DNA from: Pelagomonas calceolata
Lineage: Eukaryota
NCBI GenBank assembly: GCA_918797485.1
Contig: CAKKNE010000002.1
Coordinates: 434,001-498,000 of the forward strand
Direction: 5' to 3'
Length of the DNA stretch: 64,000 bases
The translations under genes were made by a program, and so were the position numbers. Below, piece by piece: positions 27,509 through 37,267 of this stretch. The notes under the pieces are model-generated. The model was not told where the DNA came from. It searched no databases and worked only from the letters and a program-made list of their open reading frames with translations. Position 1 is the first letter of the stretch, and each line of letters begins with the position of its first letter.

Positions 27509-28734
27509 CTACTCTCCGCCGTCGCCGAGGCCGGCGGCGAGCGCCGCGAACTCCGCCTGTTCGGTCGGCGGCTCGTCGACGTCGCCGAGGCCGTCGGCCA
27601 GCGCCGCGAACGCCTCCTGCTCGTCGTCGCCGCTCAGCAGTCGTTCTATCGCTCGTTCGTCCTCGGCTATTTCTCGGTCGACGTCGCCGAGGCCGGCGGC
27701 AATTGCTTCGAACTCCTCCTGTTCGGTCTCTCCAGGGCCGCCGTTGTCGTCGCCGAGGCCGTCGGCGAGCGCTGCGAACGCCGCGTCCTCGGTCGGCGCC
27801 GCTGGTCGCGACGACGACACGTCGGTCGCGGCGGCGTGCGCCTCCCTTTCCGCGGCGGCGAGCTCCGCGTCAAGTTTTTCTGCGAGTACGTCGAATTGGT
27901 TGGCGGCCGCCACCGCGTGCCGGCCGATCGCACGCGTCGCGGCTTTCGCACCCGCCCAGCGGAGCCGGACGCGCGCTCGGCGCCGGCCCTCGATCATCGC
28001 GTCGTTCTGCCTATACATATCGCGCTCGAGCGCCTCCGACGATGCCGCCCGCGCCGCCGAGACGTCGTCCCAGCCCAGCGCGTCGTACAGATTCGACCGC
28101 TCCGTGATGGATTCCTTGTATGCGTCGTCATCCTTCGCCTTCGTCGCGGCCTGTGCGGAAATCAACCAGTGAGTTAGGTTATCCCCGTGACCGCGTCGAT
28201 GGCGTGGAATTGCCACGCCATCGCGCAGCTATTGAAGCACGTCGCGTCGATGGCGTGGGGCGCCCGAAATTTGATGTCCACACAGCTTGCGGCGTGCTCG
28301 ACCCAGTCGTGCCGCAGCGCTTCGTGCCTCGCGTCGTCGGCGGCGGCGTTCGCAGCGTCGTGTGCGGGACCCTCCCAATCCCACGCGCCCCAGATCGTCT
28401 TACCGTCTTCCATCACAGTACGCGGTACCGCCGGCACGGCCGCCGCCGCCGCGCGCCGCGGCGCCCGCCGCGCGGCGAGCCGTATCGTCTCGGCGGCAAT
28501 CTCGCGCTCCAGCTCTGACGCGACCGCGTCGCACGCGTCTCGGGCATCCGCGAGGCGCCAGCTTTCCGGTGGCGGCTTGGCGTAGCTGAGGTCGCGGAAG
28601 CAGTGCGGCTCACGACGGCCCTGGCGCGCGAGGAGCCGCAGCGCCGCTTCCTGCCCAGAAACGAGGTCGTTGCGTCCGCGTGCCGGGTCAGGCTCGAAGC
28701 GACACATGCCTGGGTCGCGGTTGAGGTAGGCCAT
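27509..28734 (-). CDS. Hypothetical protein; 2 exons: 28734-28294 and 28150-27509; acidic C-terminal FAALADGLGD-type repeats
   Basis: ORFs 28174..28755 and 27509..28216 join in frame (DWVEH|AATKAKDDDAY) after introner 5 is removed. Confidence 0.65.
28151..28293 (-). mobile_element. Introner element 5 (GC-AG intron on the minus strand, 143 nt; TIR element 28151-28285)
   Basis: TIRs CTGTGCGGAAATCAA / TTGATGTCCACACAG; TSD GTCGCGGC vs CTTGCGGC (6/8); interior homologous to element 3. Confidence 0.87.
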
Positions 28735-29302
28735 CGGTGCCCTTGTGTTGCTCAAGGCCTTGCTATCGGGCAGCGCACTGGTGCGACCCCCCTGCTTCTA
28801 GATTGATTGCTTGGCGCCGGTACCGTTTTGATGCTGCCCAATGTGCGGCAGCGTACCGTACCGGCCTCTGGCGACCCGGTTGCAGCTATAGGCAAGTTTG
28901 CGCAGTGTAATTGCCGTTTTATGCTAAGCTTCGTGGGCAACGGGTGGGAGATTTTTAGCCGGGGATCACAGGGTATGTATCTATTTGCCGCCCGATAAAT
29001 GCCCTCGATAGGCCTCTTGGCCACGGGACGATCCTTTCGGCACCGGTCATAAACCCGTTTTCTTTCATCTTTTTTTGGGGTCCCCGCGATTTTTACGCTG
29101 ATTAGGGCATACAAGCGTGCGCTGGACATCACACACTGTCAGCGCAACAGCGCTTAACCAGCGGTATTGATCCAGCCCAAAAGCAGCGGTCTCAAGCACC
29201 CCTGTAAAGCCCCAAGTCACATTACCTGGATACAGCACGCGCAGAAGGCACGCGGCGCGCACAACCACAGCAGCCCAAAAGCACCGCAAAAAAAAAGAAA
29301 CA

Positions 29303-30583
29303 ATGATGGACTCCCAGGCCCACGTCGGCCCCACCGAAAGTACAGAAGGCCAGGTGCTGACCATCACGGTGAGCGACCCCAAAAAGGAGTCCGAGGGCAT
29401 GAACTCCTACGTGAGCTACAAGGTCAACACCGCGACGAACCGCGAGGAGTTCTCGTACGGCCAGTTCGGCGTCATCCGGCGCTACTCGGACTTCGCGTGG
29501 CTGAGCGACCGCCTCGCGCGCGACGTGCCGGGCGCGATCGTGCCGCCGCTGCCGGACAAGGCCGTCGTCGGGCGGTTTGGGGCGGACTTCGTGGAAAGCA
29601 GAAGACGCCAGCTCGAGCGCTTCCTCCAGCAGACCGCGGAGCATGAAGAGTTATCAAAGTCGCACTACTTCCAGACGTTTCTCCAGGCCGACGACGCGGG
29701 TTTGTTGAATGCCAAGGCCGAGGCCAAGGTACAAGAAAAACTCAATGAGCCGCGGCGGAATAACACCCAGGTGCCCGGCGACGGCACGCTCGCGACGCGC
29801 GTCGGCGCCTGGCTCGAGGGCAGCGTCGCCTCGTTGAGCGCGTCGATGCAGGCGTCGCAGACGGCCCACGTGCCCCAGACGTCCGAGGACGAAATTCTGG
29901 AGAGCGAGCTCGCGCACGTCGCGAACCTCGAGGCCCAGACCCAGAACGTGTCCAAGCACGCGCAGACGCTCGCGAAGCGCAATAGAGATGTGGCGAACGG
30001 CCTCTTCGAGTTCGGCCTCGCGTTCACGCTGCTCGGCCAGACGGAGCACGCGCCCTTAAATGATGCGCTCACGAAGCTCGGGTCCTGCGCGGACCAGCTG
30101 TCTTTATTAGCGACGGAGCACGTCGCGCGCGAGGACGCGGCCTTCCGCGACCCCGTCGACGACCAGATCCGCCACCTCGCGTCCGTCAAGGCGGCCCTGG
30201 GCCAGCGCCAGAAGCACAAGCACGCCGTCGCCCTCGCCGAGGCGGACCTGTCCCAGCGCAAGCAGGCCGCGGCGAAGCTCGCGGGCCGGCCCGGCGCCGA
30301 GGGCCGCGCCGTCGCCGCCGAGGGCGCCATCCAGCGCGCGCGCGAGGACGTCGACAAGGCCCGCCGGGCCCTCGAGGTCGTCACGGCGCGCGTGACGCGC
30401 GAGCTGCAGCGCTTCAAGGCGCTCCGGGCGGCGGAGCTGCGCCGCGCGATCGCGAGCTACGTCGCGTTGCAAGCCGAGCACTCCGCGGCGCTCCGGGACC
30501 AGTGGGCCGAGCTGCTGCCCGACCTCGACGCGGGGGCGCCGCCCCTGCCGCCGCCGCCCGCGGAGGAGGCCGTCGGCGTCTGA
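29303..30583 (+). CDS. Sorting nexin (PX-BAR, SNX1/Vps5-like)
   Basis: YVSYKVNT, RRYSDFAWL, IVPPLPDK, FVESRRRQLERFL, followed by a helical BAR domain. Confidence 0.92.
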   Translation: MMDSQAHVGPTESTEGQVLTITVSDPKKESEGMNSYVSYKVNTATNREEFSYGQFGVIRRYSDFAWLSDRLARDVPGAIVPPLPDKAVVGRFGADFVESRRRQLERFLQQTAEHEELSKSHYFQTFLQADDAGLLNAKAEAKVQEKLNEPRRNNTQVPGDGTLATRVGAWLEGSVASLSASMQASQTAHVPQTSEDEILESELAHVANLEAQTQNVSKHAQTLAKRNRDVANGLFEFGLAFTLLGQTEHAPLNDALTKLGSCADQLSLLATEHVAREDAAFRDPVDDQIRHLASVKAALGQRQKHKHAVALAEADLSQRKQAAAKLAGRPGAEGRAVAAEGAIQRAREDVDKARRALEVVTARVTRELQRFKALRAAELRRAIASYVALQAEHSAALRDQWAELLPDLDAGAPPLPPPPAEEAVGV

Positions 30584-30623
30584 TCTACTTCTATGTGTAT
30601 TAAGCATCCTTATAACAAATCTC

Positions 30624-31133
30624 TCAGTAGCCCTCGTCCTCGTCCTGGGGCGCGGGGTCGCCGTGGATGACCAGCGGCAGCTCGCAGAGGCGCTTCATCG
30701 TCTCCTCGTGGTTCCGCTCGTGCTCGGCCCACTCGAGGTGGTCGTAGGTCGGCTCGGCGGCCTGGATGCGCGCGAGGATTTTCTGGTTCTCGCGCGTGAT
30801 GCGCTGGAGCTCGCGCTTCCGTCGCTCGCGGTTGAGCGACTGCGAGTACTCGCCCGTGTCCTCCCGGATGTCCATGGACTGGTGGCGCATGATGTACGAC
30901 ATCTTCTCGAGGAGCAGCCGGTTGTCGCGCTCGATCTGGGCGTAGCGCTCCTCCATCATCTGCTCCTTCTTCGGGTTGCGGCGCTTGCCGCCCTGGCGCG
31001 TGTGCGGCTCCTTCGTGTCGATGGAGGCCTTCATCTCCCGCAGTTTCTTCTTGTGGCGTTCCTGCTGGGCCTTGACGAAGCGCGCGTGGCAGGCCTTGTT
31101 GCCGATGGGCATGGCGCGCCGGGCGCGGTCCAT
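30624..31133 (-). CDS. CFAP97/KIAA1430-domain cilia-associated protein
   Basis: HKKKLREMKASIDT, ERYAQIERDNRLLLEKM, SLNRERRKRELQRITRENQKILARI. Confidence 0.75.
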   Translation of the reverse strand: MDRARRAMPIGNKACHARFVKAQQERHKKKLREMKASIDTKEPHTRQGGKRRNPKKEQMMEERYAQIERDNRLLLEKMSYIMRHQSMDIREDTGEYSQSLNRERRKRELQRITRENQKILARIQAAEPTYDHLEWAEHERNHEETMKRLCELPLVIHGDPAPQDEDEGY

Positions 31134-31639
31134 GGTGGCTTGAGCTTGACCTCGGCTTCCCCTACAGGCGACCTTCTAGAGGCGCGGGGCGTCTTTTGTC
31201 GGGGCGGCTCGTCAACGGGGCTGGCCCTCGGGAGCGGCTCCGGGCGCACGGCGACGGGCGCGGTTCTCCCGTTCGTTTGGAGCGCTTCTTGAGAGCGACC
31301 GGCGGCGGCGGGCGGGGCAGCGCGCGGGTCCTCGCGTCGCACACTGGCTTCGCAATAACACCGGCTGCCGCTATATTTGTAGTAGGATATAACTCTCTAG
31401 GGCACGATGCCCGTCCGCGAGGTCATACAAGGGCTATTTCGGACTACGTGCCCACTATGAGGACTCTACCGGAGGACAGCTCTGAAGAACCCGCACCACA
31501 AAAAGTGTCGAGCAGGTTTGGTGCGGACGCGCCGCGGTGTGGCCGCAATTGCTGCCCAAGGGGCAGTGCTGCTGCCATCTATTCGCCTGCGATCGCTGCT
31601 GCCGTGTGTGCATCAGCTAAGGCCAGACAGGAGAGAAAA

Positions 31640-33025
31640 ATGCATTGGGCTGCTTTCACACTCATCCTACTGGGGGCAGCGGCAGAGACAGACGGCGGCG
31701 GCGAGGCATTAGCAGCACGCCGACGATTGGTGACGCGCCCCTACTTCGTGCCCCCGCCGGACCTCACGAAGAACTGGCTCGTGCACGGCGCGGACCACCG
31801 CGGCGCGCGCGCCGACTGGAACCCGGTCTGCAGGCGCTACGAGGCCCGGACACCGCCGCTCGCGGCTGCGGCCGCGCGCCTGCGGTCGCAGGACCAATCT
31901 ATAAAGCGCGGCCCAGCTCCAACACTGGAGGAGCCGCGCGTCGCCGGCAACGCCACGCGCACCGAGGACGTCGTCGCGCTCGTGCGCACGACGTGGGCGC
32001 GCTACTGCCGCAACGTCGTGCCGGCCTACCGGACGTGGGCGGCCCTCCTCCCCGACGCGTACGCCGTCGCCCAGGAGCCGAACCGGTCGCACGCGTGGAT
32101 CAACGAGCTGCCCCGCGAGATGCTCGACTACCGGCGCGACATCCGCCCGGGCGAACAAAAGCGCGGGCCAAAGGGCGTGCGCGTGCCGCTCTACTACGGC
32201 TGGAAGCTAATGCGCTACGGCCGGCGCGGCACGCTGAGCCGCCCCGTCGTCGTCGCGTCGCAGTGCCGCCACGTCTCGCACCGGAATCCGTGCTGCGCCG
32301 CCGACGCGCAGCTGCGCTTCGCGCACGATCTGCTCTCGCGCGGCTCGAAGGCGAAGTGGTTCCTCTTGGTCGACGACGACGTCTTCGTCCACACGTACGC
32401 ATTAGCGCGGGCGCTCGCGACGCTCGACCCGGCGAAGGCGCTGGCCGTCGTCGCGCCGGCGACGCGGGACCGCGCGGGCGCCTGCGCCGGCCTCGCGGCC
32501 GCGGCGCTCTCGCGGGCGGCGCTGGAAGCCGTGGGACCGGCGGCGACCGGCCGCGGGATCGACGCGGCGTGCGCCGCGCTGGGATCGCCGCAGAAGGCGC
32601 TCGCAGCTGTCCTCGCGGGCCATGGAGTGGATCTGCTCGCGCCCCCGGCCCGAGACGTCTTCGTGGTCGGGGCCGAGCCCGACGACTACGGCGCGCTGCG
32701 CGACGAGCGACGCGAGCACGTCGACCTCGCGTGCTCGACCGCGTATCCCGCACCGTGCGCGACGGAAGCGGCGGAAACGGCCCCGCGGCGGCGGCTTGCG
32801 GCACGGGAGCAGAAGCGCCTTCCGATCGAGGAGCGCCGCAAGATCGCGCCCGTGGCAGGGCAAAAGAAGCCGCCCGAGCCGTACCGCGCGCCGCCACCCC
32901 CGACCTGGCGCCTCCGAGAAGGGTGCTGCGCTGCCGCCGCCGCCGCGGAGGCGCCGCCCGCCGCAGGGACGTGCCCCCGCTCGCAAGCGACGGCGGCGTG
33001 GCTCGCGGCGCGCCGCGCGAGTTAG
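31640..33025 (+). CDS. Fringe/GT31-like glycosyltransferase
   Basis: Signal peptide MHWAAFTLILLG; KWFLLVDDDVFV (DxD) followed by LARALATLDP. Confidence 0.65.
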   Translation: MHWAAFTLILLGAAAETDGGGEALAARRRLVTRPYFVPPPDLTKNWLVHGADHRGARADWNPVCRRYEARTPPLAAAAARLRSQDQSIKRGPAPTLEEPRVAGNATRTEDVVALVRTTWARYCRNVVPAYRTWAALLPDAYAVAQEPNRSHAWINELPREMLDYRRDIRPGEQKRGPKGVRVPLYYGWKLMRYGRRGTLSRPVVVASQCRHVSHRNPCCAADAQLRFAHDLLSRGSKAKWFLLVDDDVFVHTYALARALATLDPAKALAVVAPATRDRAGACAGLAAAALSRAALEAVGPAATGRGIDAACAALGSPQKALAAVLAGHGVDLLAPPARDVFVVGAEPDDYGALRDERREHVDLACSTAYPAPCATEAAETAPRRRLAAREQKRLPIEERRKIAPVAGQKKPPEPYRAPPPPTWRLREGCCAAAAAAEAPPAAGTCPRSQATAAWLAARRAS

Positions 33026-33222
33026 AGCGAGTTAGTATGTACAATTATTACGCCACGGTTGCAAGCAATCGGCTGATGCCGCGGATGAGATTCACGTAAA
33101 GCCGCCATGGTAGCAGCAGCAAGCACACAGCTGATGTCGCGAATCAATCTCTTCGTCCCTATATTTCATCCGGGCGGCGTCGTAGGCCCGCGCAGCGTCC
33201 TCCTCGTCGTCGAAGTCGCGAA

Positions 33223-34917
33223 TCAGCTGATGTCGCGGATGAGGTTAACATATATCGGTCGACTCTGGACCCCGTTGGCCAGGAACGAGAGGCCGAAGCT
33301 CTCGAGCGGCCGGTCGAGGAGCTTCTCGGCGACGACGCCCGAGCGGCTCCGGTAGGAGTCGTCGAGGCCCGCGCGCAGCACGCCCGACCGCGCGCGCGCG
33401 CGCGGGTCCTCCTTTGAGCCCGCGATGGCCTTGAGGAAGTGGACGTCGACGATCTCGGGCGAGGCCGGCTCGGCGCCGACGCGCGCCGCGCGCGCGTTGA
33501 GCACCGTCGTGATGAGCTTGCGCAGCGTGCGCACGGTCGTCCGCCGCGGGTTCACCCTCAAATCGATCCAGTCGTCGAGCTCGGGCCCGAACTGCTGCAC
33601 GACGAGGCGCCCGTCCAAGGGGCCCGGCGGCGGCTCGCCGCTCGTCAGGATCAGGGGCCGGCCCGCGGCCAGGCGCACGGCGTCGCCCCTCTGTCCGTGG
33701 ACACCGCCCGTCGGGAAGCGCACGAAGGGGTGCACGTTGCGCGGCACGTCCTCGAAGGCGACCCCCAGGTCCACGCCGTCCAGCGAAAACCCGACGCCCG
33801 ACCCGCGCCGGTAGACGCCCACGACGCGCCCGACGCCGTAGCGCCGCCCGAAGGCGAAGGATACCTCGTCCTTGTCGCGGTTCCGCACCTTCTGCACCGC
33901 GCGGCCCGCGCCGTCGACGTACCATTCCCTACAATTCGCCTTGTACGACTCGTCGAGCGACAGGTTTTGTGACTGTGTCGTCTCCGCCACCCCAATATCT
34001 AATGTCAGCGCCCGCATGCTCGTGATCTCGACCTCGAACAAAAACTGCGGCGACGCCAATGGAGTGAGCACGTCGAGCACGCGATTCCACTGCATCCAGC
34101 GCGGGCTCGCCGACACGTCGCGGCCGTCTATAGAAATACCGCGCGGCTTCCGCTCCACACTGTCTCCTCTCACCATCGGCGCCTCGGCGCCCCACCGCAG
34201 CTTCTCGTCGTCGGGCAGCGCGTGCCACATGCCCTGCAACCTAGCCTTGATACCCTCGACCTCCTCCGGTAGCACCTCGCCCCCCCCTGGATGCACCTCG
34301 CCCCGGTGCCGCTTGCAGAAGTGCCAGTAGCCCGAGGCCCGGCGTACCTTGGGCCGCGACGCCGGCAGCGGCAGCGGCAGGAAGTGCCGCGCGTCGCCGC
34401 GGCCGTAGTCGTTGACGTGGCGCGCGAGCGCGCCGCCGCTGCGCGCCGCGCGCGCCACGGACCGCACATCTAATAACAGGCAGATGCGGTGGAGCAGGAC
34501 CTCGGGCAGGTCGAAGGCCTCCTCTACGTCTTCATGGTCTTCGCCCAATGATTTCCCCAGGTTCGTCGCCGCGTCCAAATGGATCGCTTCGTCGAGCGAC
34601 ACCGCCAGGTGGCCGATCGCGTAGGCCTGCAGCGTGCGGAGCTGGCCCGGCGTGTGGAGCTCGTGGAACTCCTCGCTGCATTCCGTGCCGAGCGCGTGCT
34701 CGATCGCTAAAGCGGTGGACGTCATGCCGCCGGCCGTCCAGCCCGGGTGGTTCCTGGCGAAGTTCGTGATGTCGTAGACGATGCCATCCACCACGATCCA
34801 GCCGTCCTCCTTCGTGTTGTGTTTTCGCACGTCCGCGAGCGTGTACGCTGTTGTTCTAGACGGCGCGCGGCTCGGCCGCTGCTCGGGTCTTACCGGGGTG
34901 GCGGGGGGCTCGTCCAT
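33223..34917 (-). CDS. Multidomain protein: cytochrome b5 heme-binding + F-box-like + HMG-box-like + SPRY
   Basis: YTLADVRKHN..DGWIVVDGIVYDITNF..NHPG; LPEVLLHRICLLLD; SGYWHFCKRHR...MWHALPDDEK; FEVEI..DIGVA..VGFSLDGVDLGVAF..HPFV. Confidence 0.75.
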   Translation of the reverse strand: MDEPPATPVRPEQRPSRAPSRTTAYTLADVRKHNTKEDGWIVVDGIVYDITNFARNHPGWTAGGMTSTALAIEHALGTECSEEFHELHTPGQLRTLQAYAIGHLAVSLDEAIHLDAATNLGKSLGEDHEDVEEAFDLPEVLLHRICLLLDVRSVARAARSGGALARHVNDYGRGDARHFLPLPLPASRPKVRRASGYWHFCKRHRGEVHPGGGEVLPEEVEGIKARLQGMWHALPDDEKLRWGAEAPMVRGDSVERKPRGISIDGRDVSASPRWMQWNRVLDVLTPLASPQFLFEVEITSMRALTLDIGVAETTQSQNLSLDESYKANCREWYVDGAGRAVQKVRNRDKDEVSFAFGRRYGVGRVVGVYRRGSGVGFSLDGVDLGVAFEDVPRNVHPFVRFPTGGVHGQRGDAVRLAAGRPLILTSGEPPPGPLDGRLVVQQFGPELDDWIDLRVNPRRTTVRTLRKLITTVLNARAARVGAEPASPEIVDVHFLKAIAGSKEDPRARARSGVLRAGLDDSYRSRSGVVAEKLLDRPLESFGLSFLANGVQSRPIYVNLIRDIS

Positions 34918-35227
34918 TTTTTTTCTTTGTTTCTCCTCGCGGCGTTTGAAACTCTTCCCAAGCTTGGCCTCTGGGAGCAGGGCTCTGCTTGTGTTCCAGC
35001 GGCCTGCTCTTGCAACTGCCTCGTTATGCGAGGTCAGGCAAGTACCCGTAGGCTGTACGCGCCTGGCGCGCCTAAACGCAGCCGTAATGTGACCGCCCAA
35101 TAGCCCAGCTGCTGGGCTCGTGTCGAGGCCTCTGGCCCCCGTGCGGTACCGCCCTGGATCCGGTTGCTCGCATGGAAAGCGGCTCCAAGACGCGTGGATT
35201 GGCAACACACAAACGTGCGTCTGGAGG

Positions 35228-35249
35228 CTAGCGGCCGTAAAGACACTAG
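35228..35249 (-). promoter_or_regulatory. 22-bp upstream element
   Basis: + strand ctagcggccgtaaagacactag, between divergent genes. Confidence 0.62.
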
Positions 35250-35414
35250 CAACAAGGCTTTGCCAAAGTTGGGCGCAAAGGCAGTGCTGGCCTTTTGTTG
35301 CTACGCTCAATCACACTGTAAACGTAAATCTACCATCCACTGAACTTGCCTCCTCCACGCCTTGCGATCCGTGGTGGATTTTAAGGCTCCCATCCAGCCA
35401 CCACTGCTGACCCA

Positions 35415-36194
35415 ATGTCTGAGCAGCTCTCAGAGGCGAAGACCGCAGCGAACGCGGCCGATGCGAGCGATGCGGTGACCGATGCGAGCGGTGCGGCGGC
35501 CGATGCGAGCGATGCGCCGGCCGAAGCGAGCAACACCGCGGACGCCCTCGCCGTGGTCCTGGAGGCGAATCTCCCGACCTTCGTCGCCGGAAGCACGAAG
35601 ATCGTCGGCGCGCTGCGTCGCTGCGACAAGTCGTGGCGCGACGCGCTCGGCGCTCACCCGGCGACGAAGCGCCTCTTCGCCCGCTGCGCGGCCTGCGGCA
35701 AGTTCGCGTGGCGCTGCAGCGACTGCCAGGGCGTGGCGCAGCCCGGCGAAGAGCGCCGCCGCGGGCCGCCGCGCGACGAGGTGCTCTGCCTCGACTGCCG
35801 CCACGTCGACATCGAGAAGAGCTACGGGCGCACCGAGAGCTCGCCCTGGGGCGGCCAGCTCCACATCCCGGCGATCCACGGGCCGCGGCCGGACCGGGCG
35901 CCGCGCCCGTGCATCGACTGCGGCACGCTCGTCTGCCTGGCGTGCTGCGTCAAGCGGGACTTCGACCCCTGGTCGACGACGCGGGACATGGACGAGGAGA
36001 CGGCGCGCGCGATCATCATGTCGTCGGATCCGCAGAAGGAGATCAACAAGCGGCTCACGCCCGCCGCGCGCTGCGGCGACTGCTATTCAAAAGTGCCGCG
36101 GCCGGAGAACAAGAAGAAGAACCGGTGCTTCACGGCGGGGTCGATGCTCTCCTTCGGGGACGGAGACGCGGACGCTCCTCCGGCTGACTACTAA
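35415..36194 (+). CDS. Hypothetical Cys-rich protein with several CxxC pairs
   Basis: CAAC, CSDC, CLDC, CIDC, CLAC, CGDC; GC3-rich codons; N-terminal ADASDA repeats. Confidence 0.6.
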   Translation: MSEQLSEAKTAANAADASDAVTDASGAAADASDAPAEASNTADALAVVLEANLPTFVAGSTKIVGALRRCDKSWRDALGAHPATKRLFARCAACGKFAWRCSDCQGVAQPGEERRRGPPRDEVLCLDCRHVDIEKSYGRTESSPWGGQLHIPAIHGPRPDRAPRPCIDCGTLVCLACCVKRDFDPWSTTRDMDEETARAIIMSSDPQKEINKRLTPAARCGDCYSKVPRPENKKKNRCFTAGSMLSFGDGDADAPPADY

Positions 36195-36234
36195 GAATTA
36201 TGTTGTACGTTCATGGAAATAGAACATAGAAACA

Positions 36235-37176
36235 TTACAAGACGCTCTCAGCCGGCTCGAACGGCTCAAACTGGAGCTCGGCCAGGCGCCGGAGCGCGTC
36301 CCGCGCGTCGCGGCCCGCGCCTTTGAGCGGGAACAGCGCCGCGTGCTCGTCCGGCCGGCGCGGCCGCGGGATCCGGCGGTAGTAGTACAGCACGAGGAGC
36401 ACGGGCGCGAGCTCGAGCAACCCAAAATAGCCCGCGGCGACCAACGCGTCCCACGGGCCCTCCAGCGGCAGGGGCCGGTCGCGGACCGCGAGGAGCGCGA
36501 CGCTCCGTCCCAGCGTCGCCAACGCGCCCGCGGACGTGAGGGCGCCGATCTCGCGCAGCTTCTTGCGCCGCAGCACGCCCTCGATGGGCACGCGCCGCAG
36601 CTCGTATGCCGCGGCGCGCCCGAAGCCGACGAGGAGCGCGGCCGCGAACGCGTAGAGCGCCGCGGAGACCAGCGCATAGGGCCCCGGCGCGTAGAAGGCG
36701 TAGCTCCGATCGGCCAGGGCGGCCCACTGCATGACGAGCAGGGCGTAGGTCGCCGCGTTCACGACGGCGTCTGCGGGCCGTGCGTAGTCCTCGTAGAGGA
36801 GCGCGCCGTCCGTCGCCACGAAGACCATCTCAGCCCAGAATAACGCCACGGACGCGTAGATCGTGAAGAGCACCGTGGTGGGCAGCTGGTCCAGGACGTA
36901 GAACGCGAGCCTCGGGGCCGGCGTCGCGAACGCCGACACGGTCCCCGCCTCCCAGTCCCACAGCGTCGACGCGTGCGCGAAGAAGGCGCAGCGCGCCGCC
37001 GCGCAGAGCGTCACCAACAGGTGGAGGACCTTTTGCGTCGTCCACGGCCCGCCGTGCCCCCTGCCCCGCAGATTGAGGGCCCGGCAGCCGGCCACGCCGG
37101 CCACGAGGCCATAGCTCAAACCAAGCACGGCGCAGAGCGTCCAGCCCAGGGCCTCCGCGCTTGCATCTTTGTCCAT
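36235..37176 (-). CDS. TOM1/THH1-like (DUF1084) seven-TM protein
   Basis: WTTQKVLHLL, LPTTVLFTIY..LFWAE, LRRVPIEG..RRKKLREIG, LELAP..LVLY match the tobamovirus multiplication 1 family. Confidence 0.82.
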   Translation of the reverse strand: MDKDASAEALGWTLCAVLGLSYGLVAGVAGCRALNLRGRGHGGPWTTQKVLHLLVTLCAAARCAFFAHASTLWDWEAGTVSAFATPAPRLAFYVLDQLPTTVLFTIYASVALFWAEMVFVATDGALLYEDYARPADAVVNAATYALLVMQWAALADRSYAFYAPGPYALVSAALYAFAAALLVGFGRAAAYELRRVPIEGVLRRKKLREIGALTSAGALATLGRSVALLAVRDRPLPLEGPWDALVAAGYFGLLELAPVLLVLYYYRRIPRPRRPDEHAALFPLKGAGRDARDALRRLAELQFEPFEPAESVL

Positions 37177-37267
37177 GTTATTGGGCCGCCATTCCTGCCT
37201 TTGCTTGCATTTTTTCCATCGCGCTTTCGGCTCCTTTTGCGACCAATCCGCAAGGGCAGCCCATTTG

